From IMG/VR virus record IMGVR_UViG_2851731845_000003: 20,000 nt of DNA; one strand, given 5' to 3'. Below, one piece after another: positions 1 through 6,928 of this stretch. The position numbers and the translations under genes were made by a program. The notes beneath the pieces are model-generated. The model ran no database searches and was not told the DNA's origin. It was given only the letters and a program-made list of their open reading frames with translations. Source of the DNA: an uncultured virus (IMG/VR IMGVR_UViG_2851731845_000003). Taxonomy: Duplodnaviria > Heunggongvirae > Uroviricota > Caudoviricetes. The stretch's first letter is position 1. Each line of letters opens with the position of its first letter.

Positions 1-750
1 ATTACAACGCGGGCAATCAGGGTTAGGATCAAGCGTGGCATCAAAACCGTAACCGCCAACGTCTAATGGTTCTCGCTTTTTGCTCTCCACCGCTTTCAAT
101 CGGGCTTCTTCAAACTCAACAGCATCACGCCACTGATATTGATAACCAAATCCCCAGCAATGTCGGCAACACAAACGGCGTAGCTCAGTAATTTGGCTAG
201 CATCGGCTGTGGCAATATCCCACCACCATTTCAGTACAGCATCTTGGGTAATCTGGGTGCGCCTTTCCCTAGCATCCAATGCGTCGCGAATGGCCCGGCT
301 AACCTTAGCATTCCTGTACATGCGTGAAGCGTTAACGTAAGCCGTATTGCCCTCTCCTTTGCCGCCAGACCTTTTATATGCAGCCGTGCTATTCAAGTCG
401 ATCAGGTATTCACTCACGAAACGAGCCTGCATATCATTAAGCCCGTACTCCTCAGGTTTTAATGTGAATTCTGGTTCGTCACTACCATCTACCAGGTATT
501 CTGAATCTATTTCACTTTCAACGTGAACCGTTGGTTTTCTACGTTTGGTTCGCAGGTTCTCATTTTGGTTCGCACTTATTGCCTGCGAACTTACATTGCG
601 AACCTGTTCATGTTTGGGCCACTCCTCAGCCTTTGCCCTCTTCCTTACCGCTGTATCACTTACACCGTATTTCTTGGCAAGCTCTCTGATGGAAAGAGCG
701 CCGGAACGGTAGTCACGCTCTATGCCTCTCCAGTCAGTGTCTTTTGCCAT
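1..750 (-). CDS. terS: Terminase small subunit with N-terminal HTH, runs off the left edge of the window
   Basis: Not in the ORF track. My translation from ATG 750: MAKDTDWRGIERDYRSGALSIRELAKKYGVSDTAVRKRAK...LNDMQARFVSEYLIDLNSTAAYKRSGG, which carries the TerS FVxEYLIDLN motif. Lies downstream of the lysis genes. Confidence 0.88.
   Translation of the reverse strand, partial: MAKDTDWRGIERDYRSGALSIRELAKKYGVSDTAVRKRAKAEEWPKHEQVRNVSSQAISANQNENLRTKRRKPTVHVESEIDSEYLVDGSDEPEFTLKPEEYGLNDMQARFVSEYLIDLNSTAAYKRSGGKGEGNTAYVNASRMYRNAKVSRAIRDALDARERRTQITQDAVLKWWWDIATADASQITELRRLCCRHCWGFGYQYQWRDAVEFEEARLKAVESKKREPLDVGGYGFDATLDPNPDCPRCN
544..604. repeat. GTTCGCA repeats inside terS (two direct, two inverted), candidate pac site
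   Basis: TTTGGTTCGCA at 544-554 and 564-574; TGCGAAC at 584-590 and 597-603. Confidence 0.55.
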
Positions 751-814
751 GATGTTCCCTTAGTGTCATTACACAGTAACCTTGTTAGGTTGCTCTGTGA
801 TGATATTTAGGCGT

Positions 815-837
815 AAAAAAACCAGCCGAAGCTGGTT
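815..837 (-). terminator. Rho-independent terminator
   Basis: Minus strand AACCAGC-TTCG-GCTGGTT followed by a T run. Confidence 0.85.
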
Positions 838-864
838 GATTGTATATTCATATACTTGAAGAGA

Positions 865-1071
865 TTACTTACCTAAAGCAGCTTGAATGGCGTCAGCAAG
901 TTTGCCGACCTCATCAGAGGCGTGCTGCACCTCAATTTTAACTTTACTGACGCCTTGATAGGCAGTGGATGCGCTTACTGATGTTTGAATTACTTCTAGC
1001 GCTGCCTGTACAGCAAGGAGTCTCTTTTTCTGTTCATCGGTGTAATCAATTCCAAAGTAACTTTCTAACAT
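865..1071 (-). CDS. Hypothetical 68-aa moron-like protein
   Basis: ORF with SD AAGGGG, its own downstream terminator and an AT-rich upstream region. Confidence 0.7.
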   Translation of the reverse strand: MLESYFGIDYTDEQKKRLLAVQAALEVIQTSVSASTAYQGVSKVKIEVQHASDEVGKLADAIQAALGK

Positions 1072-1174
1072 TGCAATCCCCTTTTGATAAATAGAACTAT
1101 TAAGTTAGCAGGTGGAATCATCAGCGCTAGTTTTATAGTGGGTATTATTGATAACTCTCAACAAATACCCTTAA

Positions 1175-1360
1175 TTAGGCTCTCACGATATCGACATTCG
1201 TTATCGTCAGCTTACGGATGCGGCGGGTTGCTTCGCGAGAAATGGCGCTCAGATTCTTGGGAGTGGCTTTCACCTTTGCATATTTGCGCAATAGGTTATC
1301 AGTTACCTCGCTAATCTGTTTCTCCGTGGGAGGGATAATGCTTACCTGTAGCTTATGCAT
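1175..1360 (-). CDS. Hypothetical small basic protein
   Basis: 61-aa ORF with TAAGGA SD, immediately after the o-spanin. Confidence 0.55.
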   Translation of the reverse strand: MHKLQVSIIPPTEKQISEVTDNLLRKYAKVKATPKNLSAISREATRRIRKLTITNVDIVRA

Positions 1361-1381
1361 CTGCTGTTCCTTATTTGAGGG

Positions 1382-1642
1382 TTAAGTTTTACTCCCTACT
1401 CTCTGCCGCCAGTCGATAACCTCATCAAGCCGGCCTTTGCAGATTCGTAGTTCTCTCTTTAATTCCATCGCATACAATCCGCCATCCCCCCATGTAATAC
1501 CGGTAAATTCTGGAACTTCACAAGGGGTAAGCGCTGACTCTGGGGGCAATAATAGTGCGGGTTCGGCAACAAGCGGTTTAGCTGGCTTATTCGCGCATGA
1601 CGTTAATGACATCACCAGGCATAGGCTTGATAGAACAATCAT
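1382..1642 (-). CDS. Rz1: o-spanin (Rz1-like lipoprotein)
   Basis: MIVLSSLCLVMSLTS-C lipobox, Pro-rich, overlaps the 3' end of Rz; start reassigned to ATG 1642. Confidence 0.85.
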   Translation of the reverse strand: MIVLSSLCLVMSLTSCANKPAKPLVAEPALLLPPESALTPCEVPEFTGITWGDGGLYAMELKRELRICKGRLDEVIDWRQRVGSKT

Positions 1643-1919
1643 CACTCGCCGCAGCTGCTTTAAACCGTGCAACCTGTAATTCACTGGCATTGCGTAACTT
1701 CCTCTCGTTTTCGAGTTGTCGGGTGGTGGCGGCTCTATTTGCAGAATCATTCACCTGGTATGCATCAATGATGTTTCCCAGAACCGTGTTTGTGTTTTGC
1801 TCTGCTACCAGCTTCGCTTCCGTTTTTTCGACCTTATTTGAGAGGCGGTAATTGTTAAAAAATAGAGCCGACACAATAACCACCAGCACAGCAATGAGTA
1901 TCCCAATGGCTTTATTCAT
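1587..1919 (-). CDS. Rz: i-spanin (Rz-like)
   Basis: N-terminal TM helix plus coiled coil, directly after the endolysin. Confidence 0.85.
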   Translation of the reverse strand: MNKAIGILIAVLVVIVSALFFNNYRLSNKVEKTEAKLVAEQNTNTVLGNIIDAYQVNDSANRAATTRQLENERKLRNASELQVARFKAAAASDDCSIKPMPGDVINVMRE

Positions 1920-2442
1920 CCAGCCCCCAGCATGTCAGCTCGCTTTCTTGCGCTCGGCGTTCTATCTGCCCGTAACAGTTATTTGAGCGAATATTGCAAT
2001 CCTTGCCGCCGTCATATACCCAGCGTTTGATTTCAGCGCATGCACCTTTACGGTCGCCAGCGTTGAGTTTTTTATAGAACGTGGAGGTGAAACACTTGCC
2101 TGGGCCGATGTTATAGGGGCAAAACGAAGCGATACCTGCAATCTGTGGTTCAGTCAGCGGTACCCGGACATTTTTCTTTACCCAGCTTATAGCCTTATCA
2201 GCCTCCAACTGATTCACCGCAGCACACTTATCAGCTGACAGCTTCATCCCTTTCACTACCGGTTTGCCATCAACTTGAGTAGCACCACGGCAAATAGTCC
2301 AAATCCCCTTTCCATCTGGATAAGCTACCAGCCGGTTGCCCTCTTTCTCATCCAAAAGCTGATCAAGAATTATGGTGGCCGGTGCTGCAACAATAATCAG
2401 AGCCAGGACAGCCGCGCTTAATTTGCTTTTTGTCGAGGCCAT
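1912..2442 (-). CDS. SAR endolysin (GH24 lysozyme, phage 21 R-like)
   Basis: Weakly hydrophobic N-terminal SAR segment; EG...YPDGKGIWTICRGAT catalytic E-D-T triad. Confidence 0.95.
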   Translation of the reverse strand: MASTKSKLSAAVLALIIVAAPATIILDQLLDEKEGNRLVAYPDGKGIWTICRGATQVDGKPVVKGMKLSADKCAAVNQLEADKAISWVKKNVRVPLTEPQIAGIASFCPYNIGPGKCFTSTFYKKLNAGDRKGACAEIKRWVYDGGKDCNIRSNNCYGQIERRAQESELTCWGLDE

Positions 2443-2657
2443 TACTCACCATCCGGTTTATAGCCGTGGCGGCGATCCCAAATCTTGACGCCAGCATTAA
2501 GCAAAAATGTCAGGGCCATAAAAAACAAAGAGCCAAGTACGCCGATAACTGTCCACTCATCAGGGGTGAATCCAGCTATCAGCTCTTTAACCCAAAAAAT
2601 GAAACTACCACCCGACACGGTATAGGAGACCGCTGTTGTTATATTGCTCATTTTCAT
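2442..2657 (-). CDS. Holin (pinholin-like, dual start Met-Lys-Met)
   Basis: 71 aa from ATG 2657 (MKMSN), two TM segments, SD GGGGAG, stop overlaps the endolysin start. Confidence 0.88.
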   Translation of the reverse strand: MKMSNITTAVSYTVSGGSFIFWVKELIAGFTPDEWTVIGVLGSLFFMALTFLLNAGVKIWDRRHGYKPDGE

Positions 2658-2696
2658 AGTCTCCCCCTCCCGGACGGGCTGGGCGTGTAGTGGAAA

Positions 2697-2724
2697 TAAA
2701 AAAGGCCACCATCCGGCAGCTCTA
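2697..2724 (-). terminator. Putative terminator after the mom-like gene
   Basis: Minus strand GCTGCC-GGAT-GGTGGC then CTTTTTT. Confidence 0.55.
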
Positions 2725-3450
2725 CTTGTTCCCTCCCGGTTTTGGATATGGGAGAGGTTTAAACAGCTTCGTGTTGAGCCGTTTTCTTGCCCGCTTATTG
2801 AGAAACTTGATATAGCGGAACTGGGTAAATTTATGTGCTGTTGCACGGTGAAAATTAGCTTGAAGATGCAAGCCCCGCGCACCTGCTTTACTGGCCTTGG
2901 TTGTTAAAGCAATTTTGTGGTACCACTCGCCGTCTAATTCGTAGAACGTGCTTTGATGGCTACCCACATAATCAAAGTTGCTAGCCTGATACACCACCCC
3001 GAAGCGACCGCACCGCTCATCAGCAAATGTCTGCACCCACTCAACACCGGGGTGAAGCAATTTGATAGTTTTGAGTGCGTAACTGATCGCCCGTGATTCC
3101 GTATTCGTCAGCATGTCGTCGTGTACCCAGAGTCGGTTTAACTCCATGTATTGCCTGTTACCTGTTCCCTCAACGACTCGCCCTCCGCTGCTGGGGTTCA
3201 TTGCGTAACCCCATTGCATAACGCCAACTAGATCGCGCCCGGAGAAAATACCGAGGTGCAAATATGAGTTGTTCACTATGCGCTTGCTGTAATGAAAGTG
3301 GATAATAACGAGGCGAGCCAACCAGACGGGGATTGTGGCAACGTGCAGGTCTGAACATCCGTACCCCACGGTTACGCCGTCATAAACTACCGGAGCAGGC
3401 TTACCCACGGCGCGGGATGCGTTTTTGTAACTTAACTTTTTCATGGTCAT
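2722..3450 (-). CDS. mom: Mom-family adenine modification enzyme (methylcarbamoylase, GNAT fold)
   Basis: Close match to Mu Mom motifs [73 protein letters not shown]; start is 3450 or 3444. Confidence 0.95.
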   Translation of the reverse strand: MTMKKLSYKNASRAVGKPAPVVYDGVTVGYGCSDLHVATIPVWLARLVIIHFHYSKRIVNNSYLHLGIFSGRDLVGVMQWGYAMNPSSGGRVVEGTGNRQYMELNRLWVHDDMLTNTESRAISYALKTIKLLHPGVEWVQTFADERCGRFGVVYQASNFDYVGSHQSTFYELDGEWYHKIALTTKASKAGARGLHLQANFHRATAHKFTQFRYIKFLNKRARKRLNTKLFKPLPYPKPGGNK

Positions 3451-3478
3451 ATATACAGTATTCCGTTAGGATACCACC

Positions 3479-3626
3479 GCTGACGTTAGCAGGGTGGGCC
3501 TTGGTTATACTCATGACCGGAAACATGGGTGTAATGGCCTCTGCATGGTGCAAACATGCCGGGGTCGCCCATTTCTAACGAGTGATAGATGATAGCCGCT
3601 TGACTCAAAAGGTCAGGCGGTTTTTT
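3479..3626 (+). ncRNA. Putative antisense RNA opposite the mom leader
   Basis: TGGTCA(3444-49)-17-TAGGAT(3467-72) promoter; three-way junction 3495-3571 whose G-U pairs form only on +; terminator 3594-3626. Confidence 0.6.
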
Positions 3627-3644
3627 GTTGAGAGGCAGAAATAG

Positions 3645-3670
3645 AAAAACCCGCACAGATGGCGGGTTTC
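3645..3670 (-). terminator. tR'-like terminator after the late promoter
   Basis: AAACCCGC-7 nt-GCGGGTTT stem with T tracts in both orientations. Confidence 0.8.
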
Positions 3671-3717
3671 TTTTAATTTCGTCGCTTGCGTGTACAGCTC
3701 CGCGAGCTTATGTCTAA

Positions 3718-3745
3718 ATCATATATTTTTTGTTCAAATAGTCAA
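3718..3745 (-). promoter_or_regulatory. Late promoter pR'
   Basis: TTGACT(3745-40)-16 bp-TATGAT(3723-18) overlapping the end of Q, followed by a terminator. Confidence 0.7.
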
Positions 3746-4306
3746 AGTTTTTTTCTCAAATCTTTTTATGTCTTTATCAAAGGCATCACTCATCGGGCGA
3801 TAAAGCATATATTCGGCAGTGCTAATCCAGGCATCAATACGGCGGCGACACGTTGAAATGGAAAGCTCTGGGTGTGCCTCCTGCATTTCCTCCGCCATCG
3901 TGTAACGTTTCTTTTTATAAATGTAATGCTGCTGCAGTATCCCAATTAACCCAGGGGTCGATTGTAGAACCAGGCCAACAACCGAATCCATTAATAGCCC
4001 CTCATCATCCGTACAATAGATTAGATTACTATGGGCCTTGGGGTTGTTAAGGTCGCCAAATATCTCGAACAATTCCTCTTTTGATAAGCCTGATTTTCTC
4101 AGTTGGCTAATAGCGGCTTTTAATGCGGCTTTAGTTATTTGTTGTTTTGCCAATAATCGAGAAAATACCCCCTGAGCCCCTCCTGATTTCGCTATACGTG
4201 ACCAGCGCCCCCACATCTTCAACTTACCCTTGAGCCAAATAAGCTCTAACGTATTTAAGTGTAACTCGTTGCCATCAGCCTTACCGCACGTTGTCGGATA
4301 AATCAT
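3734..4306 (-). CDS. Late antiterminator Q-like protein (DUF1133 family)
   Basis: MIYP...LKGKLKMWGRWS signature, C-terminal HTH, position just before pR' and the lysis genes. Confidence 0.8.
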   Translation of the reverse strand: MIYPTTCGKADGNELHLNTLELIWLKGKLKMWGRWSRIAKSGGAQGVFSRLLAKQQITKAALKAAISQLRKSGLSKEELFEIFGDLNNPKAHSNLIYCTDDEGLLMDSVVGLVLQSTPGLIGILQQHYIYKKKRYTMAEEMQEAHPELSISTCRRRIDAWISTAEYMLYRPMSDAFDKDIKRFEKKTLTI

Positions 4307-4587
4307 AATTTCCCCTCCTTTCTCAATATATTCTGTGTGCGCATAACGCCCTCTGCGTGATATAGCCGCGCCGTGTCGCCATCAATTAAACGAGTGCGCC
4401 GATCACATTCGTCATGACATGCACTACATCCCCATGCGGCCTGTTCATCAGAGGGTTTAATTCCGGTACCGCAGGTTCCTGCCAGTCGGTAATGAGTGAG
4501 CACCACGGTTTCAGGGTTGCCATTGCATACACCCGGAATACGGATCTGGCACTCGCGGCCCCTTGCCTCTTTGCGTAAATTAGCCAT
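4303..4587 (-). CDS. DUF1364/YbcO-like Zn-binding protein
   Basis: LRKEARGRECQIRIPGVCN...HYRL...CSACHD. Confidence 0.88.
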   Translation of the reverse strand: MANLRKEARGRECQIRIPGVCNGNPETVVLTHYRLAGTCGTGIKPSDEQAAWGCSACHDECDRRTRLIDGDTARLYHAEGVMRTQNILRKEGKL

Positions 4588-4595
4588 GATTGCCC

Positions 4596-5189
4596 CTAAG
4601 CCGCATAACTCATTAATTGACTGGCGGCGTTCTCTGCCTCGGATGGATGACTGAATGATTTACTGAGAATGAAAGTCCATAGAACATTCAGCACTGCTTT
4701 GTATAAATCGTTGAATTCCAACTCGTCCATTTTCGAGAATGAAATAGAGCGAGGTTCGCGCAGCGTTGAGCCGTCCGGTAGTTCGTATAGGTCATAATGT
4801 CCCGACTCAACGGTTACCCAACGACGGAAAGCGTGGAATGATTTTGCAGTGGATAAATTCGCAGTCCGTTTACCGGCCACCAGCGCCAGATAATCATCAG
4901 CTATTTCATGAAGTACGCCCTCATTCCCCACATAGGAAATAAGTTGGCTTACATAACCGCGCAGGAATTTAAGTTCGAATGGTGATATCGCCCCGCCCCT
5001 TGGCTCCCAATATTCAAAACCAAGGTTGAGCAGCGAGAAGAATTTACGATGAAACGGCGCATTACGCACACGTTTAAATTCGCCAGTGACAATAGTCCCC
5101 AGCTTGGTGTTTTTGACAAAATCCTCAGCATCCGGCGTGGCCGGTACCAAGATCCCACCTGTTGATTTGGTAAAACTATACTGTGCCAT
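4596..5189 (-). CDS. DUF1367 family protein
   Basis: RVRNAPFHRKFFSLLNLGFEYWEP and PRSISFSKMDELEF motifs. Confidence 0.85.
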   Translation of the reverse strand: MAQYSFTKSTGGILVPATPDAEDFVKNTKLGTIVTGEFKRVRNAPFHRKFFSLLNLGFEYWEPRGGAISPFELKFLRGYVSQLISYVGNEGVLHEIADDYLALVAGKRTANLSTAKSFHAFRRWVTVESGHYDLYELPDGSTLREPRSISFSKMDELEFNDLYKAVLNVLWTFILSKSFSHPSEAENAASQLMSYAA

Positions 5190-5257
5190 TTCCGCCCCCG
5201 GATATATGGCACAGCAGCACGATATTTAGGTTATCGGGTGTTCAATCCGACACTTAT

Positions 5258-5266
5258 ATAATAACA
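5258..5266 (-). promoter_or_regulatory. Putative extended -10 promoter for DUF1367-DUF1364-Q
   Basis: TGTTATTAT on the minus strand, about 70 nt upstream of ATG 5189. Confidence 0.45.
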
Positions 5267-5294
5267 GAATCAATCGAATTATTTTCAATAAGTT

Positions 5295-5714
5295 TTAACT
5301 GACATCAATACCAGTAAGATCTTTAATTTTCTTCTTAGCAAACCCTTCCGCAAGAGATTTAGTCACTGACATTAATGTTGATAATCCCTCATCTTTAAAG
5401 CCAGTCTTGATTGTCTGCCAAACTTCTTTCTGTCTTAAGTCAGCAATGAAATCATGGCCCCTAGCTGTTAGCCGAAGAGGAAGTAATACCCAGTCATATC
5501 CTTCATCATCAGAATTAGAATAAACGATACCAAAGCCTTGTCCACCATCAATACGGCAGATTAACCCTTGGTCGTCGAGTAATCTCATATGAAAAACGAA
5601 ATCTTCATCACACTTAAAACCTTTTAACTCTAACTCTTCAATATTAGTTTCAGGCTTTTCCGATGACTCAAAGGCATCAAGTAAATTACGCAAATACTCG
5701 TGATTAATTTTCAT
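5295..5714 (-). CDS. DUF2513-like winged-helix protein, AT-rich accessory gene
   Basis: Start ATG 5714 with AGGAG SD; LRLTARGHDFIADLR..VW motif. Confidence 0.75.
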   Translation of the reverse strand: MKINHEYLRNLLDAFESSEKPETNIEELELKGFKCDEDFVFHMRLLDDQGLICRIDGGQGFGIVYSNSDDEGYDWVLLPLRLTARGHDFIADLRQKEVWQTIKTGFKDEGLSTLMSVTKSLAEGFAKKKIKDLTGIDVS

Positions 5715-5742
5715 TAAATTGCTCCTGTGACATGTCATATCA

Positions 5743-6096
5743 CTATATATTTAATTTAGTCTCATGCCAGCCAAGAGTTTGCCAGCATTCACTTTCACCG
5801 ATAAATGCGCAACCAAGACTATCACCCGGTAGAGCATCACCACACTTACCACACCTGCGCCCCGCTTGCTGTTTGAGCAGCGCCTGCAGCTCGGCGTTAT
5901 CTTTTCGGATCAGCATAGTGATGTATTCGTCCATGTCGTACGGTTCACGCTGTGGGCGGCGTAGGGCACAGTTCTGCTGTAACATTTCTTTCTCTTGCTG
6001 GTCTATCGTCGCTATTAATTTATAGCTGCCACTATCACGCTCTTTCTGACGCTGTAGGCGTTTACGGGCCGCAGCCCGCTCTTTGGTATCAGTCAT
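5743..6096 (-). CDS. Hypothetical protein with C-terminal Cys cluster
   Basis: MTDTKERAAARKRLQRQ...CGKC..C..C; start overlaps the end of the adenine MTase. Confidence 0.75.
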   Translation of the reverse strand: MTDTKERAAARKRLQRQKERDSGSYKLIATIDQQEKEMLQQNCALRRPQREPYDMDEYITMLIRKDNAELQALLKQQAGRRCGKCGDALPGDSLGCAFIGESECWQTLGWHETKLNI

Positions 6097-6928
6097 GCGG
6101 ATGCTCCCGTTTATCAATGTTAGGGCTGAACCATAGGCATTCTATTTTGGTGACCGTGCCGCCCATACCAGCGCTGGCCTGTGCTGATTTTGTTTCTTTG
6201 CACCACCCGGCCAGCATGTCGTTATACAGTTCGCTGTCATAACCGGAAATGATCGACATACCTTTCAATTTTCTGACCGGCTCGAGTAATTCAATATGGT
6301 CTTGCTCGGTCATTTCATGGCGATATGAATAACCAGTTGGTTTCCAACGTTGGCGCGTTTCCGGCAAATATGGCGCATCAATGTAATTCAAAGTGCTGTC
6401 AGTATCATGATCCAGTAACACCTGAACGGCTGGGCGGTTCTCTATCAATACGCCAAGTAAACGCGAACCAATGGCGGCTAAATTATCAGGATAAGACGCC
6501 CATAACTGCTGGGCTGTCGAATATTCTCGTTTGGTATCAGTCCTAAACCCTGATTTATTGGCTGTGGCCGATGCTGAACTAAATCCCATTGTGGCCTTAA
6601 TTACCGTCCTGCGGGCCTGTTCCAATTCATCATCAATAGGCTCATAGGCAAAGTTAAACTCTTCACGGCTATATGGTGTCAGCACACATAAATCACGTAA
6701 ACGTATGTTCATTACTGGATCTTGCAGCACTCGGAATAGGTTCACAATTTCGCCATCAAGATCATTATAAACCTCAGCGTGGGAGCGGGCCTTTCTCAGT
6801 AGAACTGATGCCGCCCCCCCGAACGGCTCAACATAGCAACGGTGAGCAGGGAAAAAACTGGTTATCCATTTCGCTAATCGGAATTTTCCGCCGTGATATC
6901 TGATGACCGGATGTTTTATCTCTGTCAT
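6089..6928 (-). CDS. DNA adenine methyltransferase (D12/Dam class)
   Basis: YHGGK, YVEPFGGAASV, YND and DAPY motifs; ATG 6928 overlaps the C5-MTase stop (ATGA). Confidence 0.92.
   Translation of the reverse strand: MTEIKHPVIRYHGGKFRLAKWITSFFPAHRCYVEPFGGAASVLLRKARSHAEVYNDLDGEIVNLFRVLQDPVMNIRLRDLCVLTPYSREEFNFAYEPIDDELEQARRTVIKATMGFSSASATANKSGFRTDTKREYSTAQQLWASYPDNLAAIGSRLLGVLIENRPAVQVLLDHDTDSTLNYIDAPYLPETRQRWKPTGYSYRHEMTEQDHIELLEPVRKLKGMSIISGYDSELYNDMLAGWCKETKSAQASAGMGGTVTKIECLWFSPNIDKREHPHD

Noticed and set aside
3444..3461. LexA-box-like TACTGTATATATGACCAT at the mom start
   Set aside because: One perfect half-site only; the second half reads CAT instead of the required CAG
3495..3571. tRNA-like fold ending in CCA
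   Set aside because: Only two arms, with no D-loop, anticodon arm or TTC motif; treated as a ncRNA rather than a tRNA
3734..5290. A third CII box for an anti-Q promoter (paQ)
   Set aside because: A by-eye scan found no TTGATT-N6-AATCA match in or upstream of Q
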